Of a stretch of DNA of 64,000 nucleotides, positions 1-10,524 are shown piece after piece. The notes below the pieces were generated by a model. That model had not been told where the DNA came from. It worked only from the letters and a program-made list of their open reading frames with translations, and did not search any database. The stretch spans positions 1-64,000 of the forward strand of contig JBNKUM010000085.1 of NCBI GenBank assembly GCA_050298595.1. Direction: 5' to 3'. This DNA is from Gammaproteobacteria bacterium (GTDB lineage: Bacteria > Pseudomonadota > Gammaproteobacteria > GCA-001735895). The stretch's first letter is position 1; each line of letters begins with the position of its first letter. A program made the translations under genes and the position numbers.

Positions 1-132
1 GTATTTAAGGGTATTATCCCAACGCATTTTCAGGTCGGGGTTATCGGTTTGTAGCTTAAATGCATAAACCGAAGGTGTAGCAAGCAGGATAGCCGCTGTC
101 ATTGAGACAGGGCCTAATAGTTTACTTCTCAT
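1..132 (-). CDS. 5' part of a DUF1302-family outer-membrane protein (runs off the window edge)
   Basis: Not in the ORF track. Manual translation from ATG 132 (GGAGG RBS upstream) gives MRSKLLGPVSMTAAILLATPSVYA-FKLQTDNPDLKMRWDNTLKY: a signal peptide plus the 'D.NPDL..RWDNT.KY' start typical of DUF1302. Confidence 0.75.
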   Translation of the reverse strand, partial: MRSKLLGPVSMTAAILLATPSVYAFKLQTDNPDLKMRWDNTLKY

Positions 133-320
133 ATTGCCTCCAATTTGCGTGATAAGTCTTCATATTCACGCCGTTTATAAATTTCTCATGATGCTCACTA
201 AAACCAGTGAGCCCATTGTCACCTGAAGTCCCTGGTGACCCTCCTCTTTAGGGAGGTTGTATTCTCAATCGCCAGCCTTAAGACCACGCAGGGCTTCAGA
301 GACTGGCAATTGAAACTTCA

Positions 321-1793
321 TTAAAAGGGATAGGGGTGGGCAGCGCCCTGGATAGTTACCCAACGCAACTGTGAAAAGTTTTCCCAGTTAGTGGGTCCAC
401 CAATATTGCCGCCATTTCCAGAACAGCCACAGCCACCAAATGGATTAACGCAGTCGTCGTTCACGGTCTGGTCGTTGATATGCAACATGCCGGATTTGAG
501 TTGATCGCCAATGCGCTGGGCGCGCGCTAGATCGGCGCTGATGATGCCTGCTGACAGGCCGTATTCGGTATCATTGGCCATCGCAATCAGCTCTTCGTCT
601 GTAGAGAAAGTGATGACATTCGCTACAGGACCAAAGACTTCATCGCTGAATGCACGCATGCCGGGGCCAACACCCGAGAGCACGGTAGGCTGATAAAACA
701 GCTTGTCGTAGGTGCCACCGACTTCGAGCTTTGCTCCCTCATCCACGCTTTGAGTAACAATCGCATGCACCTTGGCAAGCTGTGATTCATTGATCAGCGG
801 ACCGATAGCAACCTGTTCTGTCGCAGGGTTACCCACAGGTAGATTTTTCGCCCGCTCGACCAGCAGACGGGTCACCTCGGCGGCAATTTTTTCCTGCACA
901 AAGATACGACCAGAGGCCATACAGATCTGGCCCTGATGCAGGAAAGCACCCCAGGCCGCATTACTCGCCGCAACTTCTGGATCGGCATCATCCAGAATGA
1001 TTAATGGGCTCTTACCACCCAGCTCCAGCGCGACTTTCTTTAAATGCTTTCCAGCGCTCTCGGCCACCAGGCGACCGGTAGCGGTAGAGCCGGTAAAGCC
1101 GATCATGTCAATATTTGGATGCTCACACATCGCCGAACCCGCTTCAGCAGCACCCGGCAACACCTGTAACACCCCTTCGGGCAGTCCTGCAGCCTGTAAT
1201 GCAGCGGCAATCATATAGCCACCACTAACAGGGGTTTGTGGATCAGGCTTGAGGATGACCGCGTTACCTGCAGCCAGTGCAGGCGCTACCGCACGGAGGG
1301 AAAGAATAAGTGGAAAATTAAAAGGTGAAATAACACCTACCACACCAAGCGGTATACGTTTGGCGTAACTCAGGCGACCTTCCACTGAGGGCAACACCGA
1401 ACCCTGAGATTCGAGACACATGGCAGCAGCGATGTTAAATAACTCGACCGCTTCAACCACCTCGTGCTGGCCCTTGAGCGGTACGGCACCAGTTTCACGA
1501 ACCACCCAGTTAGCAAGCTCTGGCATATGAGACTGCATCATATCGGCAGCGCGACGAAAAATTGCCGCCTTTTCTCTGGGTGCGGTTGCGACCCAGCTCT
1601 TCTGTGCTTGCACAGCGCGCTGCGCCGCGTCGTGTATATCATCCGCATTGGCCATGCCACCGGTCGCAAGCACCGCTCCGGTTGCCGGTTCGATGATATC
1701 GAAACTGCCACCCTTAGCGCTTGTCCAACTGCCGGTAAAAATCTGTCCTGCCCATTGTTTTGAATCAAGCAGGTTGTCGTTATTGCCTGTCAT
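321..1793 (-). CDS. Aromatic (benzaldehyde-type) aldehyde dehydrogenase
   Basis: ALDH motifs SPFNFP, FTGST, LELGGK, catalytic Cys in HQGQICM, EVFGPV and PFGG. Confidence 0.9.
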   Translation of the reverse strand: MTGNNDNLLDSKQWAGQIFTGSWTSAKGGSFDIIEPATGAVLATGGMANADDIHDAAQRAVQAQKSWVATAPREKAAIFRRAADMMQSHMPELANWVVRETGAVPLKGQHEVVEAVELFNIAAAMCLESQGSVLPSVEGRLSYAKRIPLGVVGVISPFNFPLILSLRAVAPALAAGNAVILKPDPQTPVSGGYMIAAALQAAGLPEGVLQVLPGAAEAGSAMCEHPNIDMIGFTGSTATGRLVAESAGKHLKKVALELGGKSPLIILDDADPEVAASNAAWGAFLHQGQICMASGRIFVQEKIAAEVTRLLVERAKNLPVGNPATEQVAIGPLINESQLAKVHAIVTQSVDEGAKLEVGGTYDKLFYQPTVLSGVGPGMRAFSDEVFGPVANVITFSTDEELIAMANDTEYGLSAGIISADLARAQRIGDQLKSGMLHINDQTVNDDCVNPFGGCGCSGNGGNIGGPTNWENFSQLRWVTIQGAAHPYPF

Positions 1794-1880
1794 TTAAGAC
1801 GCCTCCAGAAAATCAGTTTTTAGTTATCTATGATTGATTAACGAACCACAGGGGTCAGTAATCACATAGCTATATGAGTT

Positions 1881-1896
1881 TGCAGAGAATGTGCCA
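1881..1896 (-). promoter_or_regulatory. sigma54 (-24/-12) promoter of the ALDH/DUF1302 operon
   Basis: The minus strand reads TGGCACATTCTCTGCA (GG-N10-GC), about 90 bp upstream of the ALDH start and next to a divergent sigma54 activator. Confidence 0.8.
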
Positions 1897-1951
1897 ATTT
1901 TCCTGTTCAATCCCTTTGTTGCAGCGCACATTCCTTTTAAATCAATCACAT

Positions 1952-2033
1952 TAGTTATAATTTATAACTAATTTATGTTTATTTTAGTTACGGTGCCTCC
2001 ATAAATAAGTTACTATTTGATAACTTTTATCAA
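1952..2033. promoter_or_regulatory. Two palindromes, candidate activator (UAS) sites
   Basis: TAGTTATAA-T-TTATAACTA (1952-1970) and TTGATAA-CTT-TTATCAA (2017-2033). The second resembles XylR/DmpR-type TTGAT...ATCAA sites. Confidence 0.45.
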
Positions 2034-2080
2034 GATTACGTCGAAATAAATTAATCATTTAATAACCAAATCAGGACATC

Positions 2081-3886
2081 ATGAAAAGCTCTCGTATATC
2101 GCTTGCTGAAGTTTCACGCACTACGGGCCGTGTTCTATCACCCGATGACGCACGCCACCTCGAGGAACAGACACCCACCCTGCAGGACCTGTCGGAGCAG
2201 TTATTTTTCTCGCCCGGCGATGGACGTATCTGGCTCAATAATCAGCGTATGGTTCTGATGCGCAGCGCGACGCTCGGAGTATTACGCAAGGAGCTGGTAT
2301 CAACCCTGGGCATGGAAAAGGCGCGTGGTCTTTTGACCCGAGCTGGATATGTTTCAGGCGTACGCGACGCCGAAATGGTGCGTGATCAATGGGCAGGAGC
2401 CGACATTGCATCCATGTTATTGGCAGGTACCCGTTTGCATTCACTAGAGGGGATTGTCCAGGTTGAGCCGCTGCACCTGGAGTTCGATGCAGATAAAGGG
2501 GTATATCATGGTGAGTTCTTATGGCATAACTCCTACGAGGTCGAAGAGCATGTTGCGGCATTTGGCGTGGGCAAACAACCAGCCTGCTGGACCCTGACAG
2601 GATATGCGATCGGATATGTAACCACACTACTGGGCCAGCTCATCATCTTTCGCGAAGTTGAATGCTGCGCCGCCGGTGCCAAGCGCTGCAAGGTGGTTGG
2701 CAAGGCTGCTGAGCAATGGCCTGATGTGGATGCCGATCTGGCCATCATCAACGCCGAGGACTTTATCAGTACCGAGGCATTCAGTCCCAGTAATCGATCA
2801 ACTCTAGCGCTCGACCTGCCTGACATTCCGATTGTCAGCGAAGAGACCGAGCAAATGGTTGGAGTTTCTGCCGCCTTTAATGCCGCCTGCCACATGTTGA
2901 AACGGGTGGCCCCTACTCGTGCAACAGTTTTATTCAGTGGTGAATCTGGTGTAGGTAAGGAGCTATTTGCTTCCATGCTACATAACATCAGTCCACGCAA
3001 AGATGCCCCTTTTATTTCCATCAACTGTGCTGCGATTCCAGAAAATCTGGTTGAATCAGAACTATTCGGCGTAGAACGCGGCGCTTTCACCGGTGCCACC
3101 ATCTCCCGCCCGGGGCGTTTCGAGCGCGCCGATGGCGGCACCCTGTTTCTGGATGAAATCGGTACGCTGAGCCTGGTATCACAGGGTAAATTGCTGCGTG
3201 CGATACAGGAGGGGATTATCGAACGCGTAGGCGGCACCAAACCAATCAAGGTTGATGTTCGACTAGTGGCTGCAACCAATGTGAATCTTCAGTCCGAAGT
3301 ACAGGCCGAACGTTTTCGCGAGGATCTATACTTTCGACTGAACGTATACCCGATAAATTTGCCGCCCTTGCGCGAGCGTCGAGATGATATCCCCTTATTA
3401 CTGAGCTATTTTCTGCATCATTACAGCCAGCGACATGGGCGCAAGGTAAGGGGCTTTACCCCGCGCGCAGTTCGTTCCCTGCTGAGCTATCACTACCCCG
3501 GCAATATTCGAGAGTTACAGAACCTCGTCGAACGCGGTGTGATTGAAGTGGAAGACGATGATCTGGTGGATCTGGTCCATATCTTTCGCAACGAGGAGGT
3601 TTCCTTCGATGGCCTTTACTCACTTGATGGAGAGGGCGAACTAACCAATAGTCCGTCACACAACCAGGAAAGCAAACTCGCCTCAACAGCCGACAATAAC
3701 TATATCGATCTCTTTACCAATGCAAACGAAGACAATCCTCTGACCCTGGACCTGTTACAGCAAAAGGTCATTGAGCAGGCCGTCGAGCATAGCGGAGGCA
3801 ATCTGGCAAAAGCGGCAAGATTACTCGGCCTGACCCGCCCGCAGCTGGCTTACCGTATGCAGAAGCTGCAGGCTGGCGAGGATTGA
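2081..3886 (+). CDS. XylR/DmpR-family sigma54 enhancer-binding protein (XylR_N, V4R, AAA+, Fis HTH)
   Basis: GRIWL..QRMVL N-domain, V4R cysteines (ACW..GY, EVECC..G..RC), GESGVGKE, GAFTGA and a C-terminal AARLLGLTRPQLAYR helix-turn-helix. Confidence 0.93.
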   Translation: MKSSRISLAEVSRTTGRVLSPDDARHLEEQTPTLQDLSEQLFFSPGDGRIWLNNQRMVLMRSATLGVLRKELVSTLGMEKARGLLTRAGYVSGVRDAEMVRDQWAGADIASMLLAGTRLHSLEGIVQVEPLHLEFDADKGVYHGEFLWHNSYEVEEHVAAFGVGKQPACWTLTGYAIGYVTTLLGQLIIFREVECCAAGAKRCKVVGKAAEQWPDVDADLAIINAEDFISTEAFSPSNRSTLALDLPDIPIVSEETEQMVGVSAAFNAACHMLKRVAPTRATVLFSGESGVGKELFASMLHNISPRKDAPFISINCAAIPENLVESELFGVERGAFTGATISRPGRFERADGGTLFLDEIGTLSLVSQGKLLRAIQEGIIERVGGTKPIKVDVRLVAATNVNLQSEVQAERFREDLYFRLNVYPINLPPLRERRDDIPLLLSYFLHHYSQRHGRKVRGFTPRAVRSLLSYHYPGNIRELQNLVERGVIEVEDDDLVDLVHIFRNEEVSFDGLYSLDGEGELTNSPSHNQESKLASTADNNYIDLFTNANEDNPLTLDLLQQKVIEQAVEHSGGNLAKAARLLGLTRPQLAYRMQKLQAGED

Positions 3887-3913
3887 CTTTCTGAAGGAAA
3901 CCCTGACTTCACC

Positions 3914-5350
3914 TTACTGGCAGGCGTTCACCTCTGGTCGTGCCTGTGCCCAGGGGCGAGCCTGTTCCAGCTGCTGAGCCAGAGCAAACAGTGTAGCTTC
4001 ATCCGCAAAGCGTCCAACAAAATGCGACCCCAGCGGCAAGCCGTCAGGCGTCCAGTACAGCGGTACTGACATCGCTGGTTGCCCGGTGGCATTGAACAGC
4101 GCCGTGAACGGGCTGTAGCTATGAGATAACTGAATAAAATCCTCAAGTCTGGCATTCTCATTTTGCATGATAAGCTCGCCGATCAGTGGCGGCTCCCGCG
4201 TCAGGGTCGGCGTCAGGATAACATCATAGTCCAGCATGAAATTCGCCATCACCCTGCCAAAGGCATGGAACATTTCAATCGATTTGACATATTCAACCCC
4301 ACTGATCCCCCCCTTCTCGCGCAGGATAATTCGGGTAGCGACTTCCAGCTCCGCATCCGTAACAGGAGAGCCCCGCAGCTGACCGACCAGGTCGAGATAG
4401 CTTCGGGTACTGGCGCCGATCACATTGAAAGCACTGTTTAAAAAGGCTTCCAGATCGACAGGCAGTTGGGCCGTCGTCACGGTATGCCCCAGGCTTTCAC
4501 AAAGTGCCGCAGTTGAACGTACCGCATTCACTGCCTCAGCAGAGCTCGGATAGGGGGAGAACGCTTCAATCAATGCGATCCGCAGTGGTCGAACGGGCTG
4601 CTTTAGCTGATCAACAAACGAAACCGCCTGTGTCGGCGCAGCGTAAGGCGCACCAAGATCTTCACCTGACACCACATCAAGCAGGGCCGCACTGTCCCGC
4701 ACAGACACCGTCAGTGCATGAGTGGTGCCCATACCACCCCAGCCTTCGCCCACCATGGGGCCACTTGGAACACGACCACGGGTAGGCTTCAACCCGAAAA
4801 TACCACAACAGGATGCAGGCACACGAATTGAGCCGCCACCATCATTACCATGCGCGAACGGGATGGCACGAGCGGCAACCAGCGCGGCAGAGCCACCACT
4901 AGACCCGCCCGCACTGCGTGCCGTATTCCAGGGGTTTAACGTAGCACCAAAGCGCTGAGACTCCGTGGAGTAGCAGGCACCAAACTCGGGTGACGTGGTG
5001 GTGCCGATAAAGCGACAGCCTGACGCTCGCAGGCGGCTGACCGTCGAGTCATCAAAGCCCGGACGGGCTTCACCCAGCGCCAGTGAACCGTTAGTCAAAC
5101 GTGCCTCCTTCAGCGGAGCAAAAAGGTCTTTGACCATGGTAGGAATACCTGAAAAGGGACCGTCTTGCACAGGAGTACTTCGTGCTGAGTCGTAGAGTTT
5201 TTCTGCTACAGCATTCAGTTTTGGATTTACTTTTTCCACTCGTTCAATACAGACCTCCAACAACTCAGATGCCTGAATTTCTCCTGCTTTTAGCAGCGCC
5301 GCCAGATCGGTAGCATCGTGAGAATCAACCAGATGATGAATATCTTTCAT
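3914..5350 (-). CDS. Amidase-signature family amidase
   Basis: KD lysine, GGSSGGSA and [11 protein letters not shown] signature motifs. Confidence 0.92.
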   Translation of the reverse strand: MKDIHHLVDSHDATDLAALLKAGEIQASELLEVCIERVEKVNPKLNAVAEKLYDSARSTPVQDGPFSGIPTMVKDLFAPLKEARLTNGSLALGEARPGFDDSTVSRLRASGCRFIGTTTSPEFGACYSTESQRFGATLNPWNTARSAGGSSGGSAALVAARAIPFAHGNDGGGSIRVPASCCGIFGLKPTRGRVPSGPMVGEGWGGMGTTHALTVSVRDSAALLDVVSGEDLGAPYAAPTQAVSFVDQLKQPVRPLRIALIEAFSPYPSSAEAVNAVRSTAALCESLGHTVTTAQLPVDLEAFLNSAFNVIGASTRSYLDLVGQLRGSPVTDAELEVATRIILREKGGISGVEYVKSIEMFHAFGRVMANFMLDYDVILTPTLTREPPLIGELIMQNENARLEDFIQLSHSYSPFTALFNATGQPAMSVPLYWTPDGLPLGSHFVGRFADEATLFALAQQLEQARPWAQARPEVNACQ

Positions 5351-5467
5351 AACATATACCTATTTCAAAATATGGGCTGGATTTACCAGTCTCGTAATAA
5401 CAAGCCTGATACCCGTCGCGCTTTTATTCAGCGCAACTGTATCTATCTAACAGACAAGCAGACCTGT

Positions 5468-6718
5468 TCATGAGACCGCTTCGGCTTTAGCACGGGGTCC
5501 ACGAATAAACAGGCTATCGAGAAGCCAGAGCGCTGCGGCAGCTAAACTCATGACAGCAAGGCTTAAGATGGCGCCACGCAGATCGGATGCGCTGGCGGCA
5601 ATAACAACGCCAACAATAATCGGACTAACAAACTGTCCCAGATAGAGACAGGAGGTAAACCCTCCGATACCTCGACCACGTACCGACTTTGGCAGTGCAT
5701 GCATTACCTCAGCCATAACGTTAGGGACAAGTAGCCCCGCGCCGATCCCGTGAATGGTCACTGCGACCAGTACGTTCTCGTAGCTGCCGGCACTGGACAG
5801 AAGCCACAGTCCTGTTGCCAGCAGAGCAAGCAGAATGGCGTTACAACCTGGGATACCAATGCGGCGGCGTAGTTGTGGCCAGGAGAGTGACCCAATCAGG
5901 GTTGCCAGAAGACCAAGCCCCGCAGACATACCTATTTTGGTGGTGGAAACAACCCCCATATCAACGAGAAGACTCGGGGTCTGGATAGGCACGATAAAGT
6001 TCAGCACCATCCCTCCCAGAATCATCGCATAGCCTATGATCAGAGGCAGTTTGGCAACTTCTTCATTGCTTTCAGCAACTGGTCTCAAGCCTTCATCGGC
6101 CTTTTTAACCGGCTCCCAGAGCACTTTTATCATGAACGGGGTTAACACCAGAGGCAGCAGGTAGAGATAGAAGGGCGTACGCCAGGAACCCTCACCAAGC
6201 ACGCCGCCAATGACAAAGAATATGGAGCCGATAAGGCCGATTGAGACCACCTGATAGTTAACAAATTTCAGTCTCTCCTCACCATGCCAGTAGTCAGCTA
6301 TGAGCGTTGTACAACAGGTCATAATCGCTGCTTCGGCACAGCCGAACAATAAGCGTGAAAACACGATACTACCCAGATCGGTCAAAATCGCGGGCAGAAA
6401 ACCCAGCAATGCATACACAAAGGTAGCGATGATCAACAGGTTTTTTCGTCCTGCACGATCAGCCACCCAGCCCGCCAGAGGTGCAACGATTGCGATGGCC
6501 AGGGCTGGACCTGTGACCGCCAGGGGTACCAGCATCTCGGCCTGAGGTCCAGAAGATCCAGAAGATCCAAATTCAGCCGCCATCTTAGGTAGCATGGGGG
6601 CAACCATTACCGCACCCATTATGGTTAAGCTGCTCCCCAGAACCAGCAGAGAGCCTTCTGCTTTACCTGGCGTTTTTGCGGATAGGTTTATAGTGTCAGA
6701 CATGGCTAGCGCCAACAT
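5468..6718 (-). CDS. MFS transporter (start probably near 6703)
   Basis: About 12 hydrophobic segments and motif A GWVADRAGRK. Confidence 0.88.
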   Translation of the reverse strand: MLALAMSDTINLSAKTPGKAEGSLLVLGSSLTIMGAVMVAPMLPKMAAEFGSSGSSGPQAEMLVPLAVTGPALAIAIVAPLAGWVADRAGRKNLLIIATFVYALLGFLPAILTDLGSIVFSRLLFGCAEAAIMTCCTTLIADYWHGEERLKFVNYQVVSIGLIGSIFFVIGGVLGEGSWRTPFYLYLLPLVLTPFMIKVLWEPVKKADEGLRPVAESNEEVAKLPLIIGYAMILGGMVLNFIVPIQTPSLLVDMGVVSTTKIGMSAGLGLLATLIGSLSWPQLRRRIGIPGCNAILLALLATGLWLLSSAGSYENVLVAVTIHGIGAGLLVPNVMAEVMHALPKSVRGRGIGGFTSCLYLGQFVSPIIVGVVIAASASDLRGAILSLAVMSLAAAALWLLDSLFIRGPRAKAEAVS

Positions 6719-6859
6719 ATGAACTGCTTGCCAGAATGCGCGACCAAACGCCTGCTAAAAACAGGCCCAAACGAGTGTTATTTATTTTCATTGATACCTC
6801 CCAACGTATTGTTTATTACTCCACAATACTAAAGAGAGAGAACAGTCCGTTATCCGATA

Positions 6860-7840
6860 TCAGCAAAAATGAGATTGAGTTCGACGCAAGGTCTCTGACG
6901 GCAACTCACCAAATAGCTGCCTGTAATCATTGGCAAAGCGACTCAGATGCCAGAATCCTTGCGCTATGGCTACATCATGCACCGATGCAGTGCTGTTGGG
7001 GTTGAGAAGCTCTCGGTGAACGGCATTCAATCTCAGCGCTCTGAGATAAGCCACCGGATTAATGCCCAGGGTCTCCTGAAAACAGTATTGCAACTTTCTA
7101 CGGCTGACACCGACATTGTTGCAGAGTTCTAATATTGAAGGCGGTTCGTCGATATTTGAGTTCATATAATCCCGAGCACGGTCCACCACTAACTTACGTG
7201 ACGATGGCTCGAGATAATTCACTTTTTCCTCACTAACCAGCTCCAGCAAATATTGCAAAACAGTATCTCTAATACCATTCTGAGTCGTCAGCTGTTGTAG
7301 CAATGACTGCTTGTTTGCTGGATTCATTAACGAAGCCAGAAGATTAATAAGATCGGCCTGATTATTGAGCTTCTGCAGGCAGTACAACTGGGTTGAAGCT
7401 GCGGTATCGGGAAAAATATTCTGTTTTTGCAGGGATTCATACATTAACTCCTGCTGCAGCGAAATACATATCACATCAATTTGAGATGGGGTTTTGATCT
7501 CTGGCAGGCAATCACCTTGTGACACCAGCAAGTTCTTCAAATTAAATGCATGCCCTTCACAATAGGCACTATCTGGTGACGCAGACAACGGCAGATTAAA
7601 CATAATTGAGCCTGAAGGTGACGTCCCATTTTTAACCATGGCCTGGTTCGATCGATCTCTGATCAACTGCATCCCGATAAGGTTGAGTTCGGTGATACTA
7701 CCTGAAAAATGCCCGGGTGAGACCTGGTCATAACAGACATACCAGCCCGTCATGCCCGCTGCATGCTCGGTGATATCGGATGTCCGTCGAAACTTTAGAA
7801 CACCCTGATTCATATCACTGGTATTGAGATTATTAAGCAT
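6860..7840 (-). CDS. AraC-family regulator, EutR-like
   Basis: C-terminal double HTH (GVSRRKLQYCF...GFWHLSRFANDYRQLFGELPS) and an N-terminal W...YDQ.SPG.F.G ligand domain. Confidence 0.88.
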   Translation of the reverse strand: MLNNLNTSDMNQGVLKFRRTSDITEHAAGMTGWYVCYDQVSPGHFSGSITELNLIGMQLIRDRSNQAMVKNGTSPSGSIMFNLPLSASPDSAYCEGHAFNLKNLLVSQGDCLPEIKTPSQIDVICISLQQELMYESLQKQNIFPDTAASTQLYCLQKLNNQADLINLLASLMNPANKQSLLQQLTTQNGIRDTVLQYLLELVSEEKVNYLEPSSRKLVVDRARDYMNSNIDEPPSILELCNNVGVSRRKLQYCFQETLGINPVAYLRALRLNAVHRELLNPNSTASVHDVAIAQGFWHLSRFANDYRQLFGELPSETLRRTQSHFC

Positions 7841-7931
7841 TCCAGGAACTCTGTTTAGTGTCTATTTGACAGGTTTGCATAACAAAAAAGTGACTCACCC
7901 CCATTTTTATTGTTTCTGAGCTCTGGACAAG

Positions 7932-7969
7932 TATTAGGGCCTGTTAACACGTGTTAACAGGCCCTAATA
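7932..7969. repeat. Perfect 38-bp loopless palindrome, possibly collapsed IS/MITE ends
   Basis: TATTAGGGCCTGTTAACAC followed directly by its exact reverse complement GTGTTAACAGGCCCTAATA. Confidence 0.8.
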
Positions 7970-8218
7970 AGAATAAACACCGTTATTCAGTAACGCAAGC
8001 CTGAAATCTACCAGATTTCCCCTCGGTCTGGAGAAAGCGGTCCTCTCATCGCGATTTTATCTGGCGACGCGAATCTTCAAAATTAGTACCACAGCGAGAA
8101 ACCTCTTTCATAAAGTGCAGCAAGAATGTAACTCTAAGAGTGCCTTTGAATATATTTGGATTCGTATTAACCCGACAATTAAGTATGCCGTGTTAATAGT
8201 TTAATTCAGTCTCGATAT

Positions 8219-8566
8219 CTAATGTAATTCCCTGGACAGAATCTTGTCGGCATCCAGCGAGGCTATTGAGATATCCGGTCTTTGCGGTATTTCACCGCTT
8301 AGTTGCAGCGCAAGATAACGCATACAGCATACGCGTAGAAATGAAGTGAAGTTGCCCAGATCGTGCCCCGCATCGATAGATTCATGGTATAGACGGGCAA
8401 TCATTTGCGGAATATTCATCCCATCTCGCCGGGCAATCTCTTCCAGAGTAGTCCAGAAATAATTTTCCAGCCGCACACTGGTGACCATACCATCGATACG
8501 TAGTGAACGGGTACTGCTCACCCACAGATTACTATCCGCCTGTATGAAAAGTTTACACATAACCAC
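8219..8566 (-). CDS. Ribbon-helix-helix domain protein (RHH_4-like)
   Basis: RSLRIDGMVTSVRLENYFW..LEEIA...NFTSFLRV pattern. Confidence 0.8.
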   Translation of the reverse strand: MVMCKLFIQADSNLWVSSTRSLRIDGMVTSVRLENYFWTTLEEIARRDGMNIPQMIARLYHESIDAGHDLGNFTSFLRVCCMRYLALQLSGEIPQRPDISIASLDADKILSRELH

Positions 8567-8588
8567 CCTCTCACTTTTAGATATTATT

Positions 8589-8618
8589 TGAATGGACCTG
8601 AAATCTCAGGTCCATTCA
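8589..8618. terminator. 13-bp stem hairpin between the PfpI and RHH genes
   Basis: TGAATGGACCTGA-AATC-TCAGGTCCATTCA. There is no clear U-tract, so it may be an mRNA-stabilising stem rather than a terminator. Confidence 0.4.
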
Positions 8619-8633
8619 TGACCTGTTGTGACA

Positions 8634-9197
8634 CTAACCCAGCAAGGCCATAAACTGCGACAACCAGGCCGGATGAGCAGGCCAGGCTGGCGCAGTCACC
8701 AGATTGCCATCAGTGACAGCCGAATCTATAGCAATCTCGGCATAACTGCCACCGCTTTGCACAACCTCCGGTTTGCATGCGGGATAAGCTGAGCACTGCT
8801 TACCGCTCAGCACACCCGCAGCAGCCAGAAGCTGGGCGCCATGACAAATGGCAGCAACCGGTTTATTGGTATCGAAGAAGTGCTTCACCATAGCGATAAC
8901 TTCATCATTTAATCGCAGGTATTCGGGCGCTCGGCCACCGGGAATCACAAGCGCATCATAATCAGTAACATTGACCTCGTCGAAGCTGGCATTCAGTGCA
9001 AAATTATGCCCCCTTTTTTCAGAATAGGTTTGATCCCCTTCAAAATCATGGATTGCGGTTGCCACGGTTTCGCCACTTTTTTTACCCGGACAGATCGCAT
9101 GCACCTCGTGACCAACAGCCAGAAGAGTCTGGAAAGGCACCATGGTTTCGTAATCTTCAGTGAAATCACCCGTTATCATTAGTATTTTCTTTTTCAT
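8634..9197 (-). CDS. DJ-1/PfpI family protein
   Basis: [19 protein letters not shown] and the nucleophile elbow AICHG. Confidence 0.92.
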   Translation of the reverse strand: MKKKILMITGDFTEDYETMVPFQTLLAVGHEVHAICPGKKSGETVATAIHDFEGDQTYSEKRGHNFALNASFDEVNVTDYDALVIPGGRAPEYLRLNDEVIAMVKHFFDTNKPVAAICHGAQLLAAAGVLSGKQCSAYPACKPEVVQSGGSYAEIAIDSAVTDGNLVTAPAWPAHPAWLSQFMALLG

Positions 9198-9557
9198 CAG
9201 AATTCCTCCTCGGTTATGAGCCTTAACCTTAGCAAGAGCTTCTGTCGAGGTGGTAATAAGTAAATACTACAAGTTACATAATGAGCAATGGTTTTGCGGA
9301 GGGGCTAGATGCCTACGCTTGCTATACCCAGACAGATCACTGGTATCAAAGCTGAGTCTATAAGCATATCCCTCGACCTGCTGAAACTTTTCATGCTTGA
9401 AACCAGATCAAGGTCTTATGTTAATTGTTGCAATATCACTTGCGGAAATAAGTCTGAATAGCATACCCCTCCTTTGTAGTAATAAAAGCTACTAACTCCG
9501 ATATAGTGAGACACGTTTAGAGACTCAGTATCCAGGTCTTTATAAAACCATAAGCTA

Positions 9558-10198
9558 TTACATTTTTCTAAACCTTTTCATGCGTTTTTTTTCTCTACGT
9601 TCCTCGGCTTTCATTTCTATCATTAGCCTTCTACTTCTGTTTGCAAAATTATCTATTTCATTTCCATTTGCGTCTACGAAGTAACCTTTTTCATTGACTG
9701 GGTATTGGTTGGTATCATCTTGGCCAGAGCGAGACACAAGATTCCTTCGATCTGCTTCTGCTTTCATTTCCATATAGGCTCTATGCTGCTCTTCCCTCTT
9801 TCTCTCCCTCTCTTTCTCCTCTGTTTCTATTTGAACTAAAATGTGCTGTCTGTGTTCCTCTTCTTTGCGTAAAAGATCAGCCTGGTATTGCTCATAATCT
9901 TCATAAGACCAATCCTTTTGTTTTTTAACCTGCTCTTGAACCCATTGCTCATCAGACAATCCTGAAGCGTTTTTAACTGTTTTCGGTTTCACTCTATTGG
10001 TATTTATTGGTTTGACGGAACTGCTGTGACGATCTTGTTTAGATTTAATCTTAATAGCTGTTGTTGCATCATGTGGCTTATCACCATAGTGCACCCTTCC
10101 CTGCTCATCTATCCACTTAAACATTTCTGCACTTGAGTAATTAGGAAGCATGAAAATCAGGTATATTACCAATCCATGCGAGGTTTTAAATAGCATAG
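9558..10198 (-). CDS. Exported DUF4124-domain protein with a charged coiled-coil tail
   Basis: Signal peptide followed by AEMFKWIDEQGRVHYGDKP. The ATG at 10198 (GGAG RBS) is more plausible than the track's TTG at 10286. Confidence 0.7.
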
Positions 10199-10524
10199 CC
10201 TTTTCTCCAGGTCTCTCTGAGTTGTAACTTTTACAGCAGTGAACATTATAGTTGAGTATTATTCGAAATTCTGGGATTCGCGGCAAATTCTACTCAGCGC
10301 TTAATTCCTTAAGGTTAGCTTATTCATTCAATCGAATTGATACGATCCCTAAAAAACCAGGAAACCCCACTCCCGACAGATGTCAATATAAATAAACCAC
10401 TCCAACATCCCTTAATTTTATTTCTTATCAGTCGTTAATTCCAAATAACTTTTTAACGTTTTCCGGATTTTCGATCTTTTTTCAATTGGCATATCTCGGG
10501 CAATATTCAGCTATACTGTCACCC

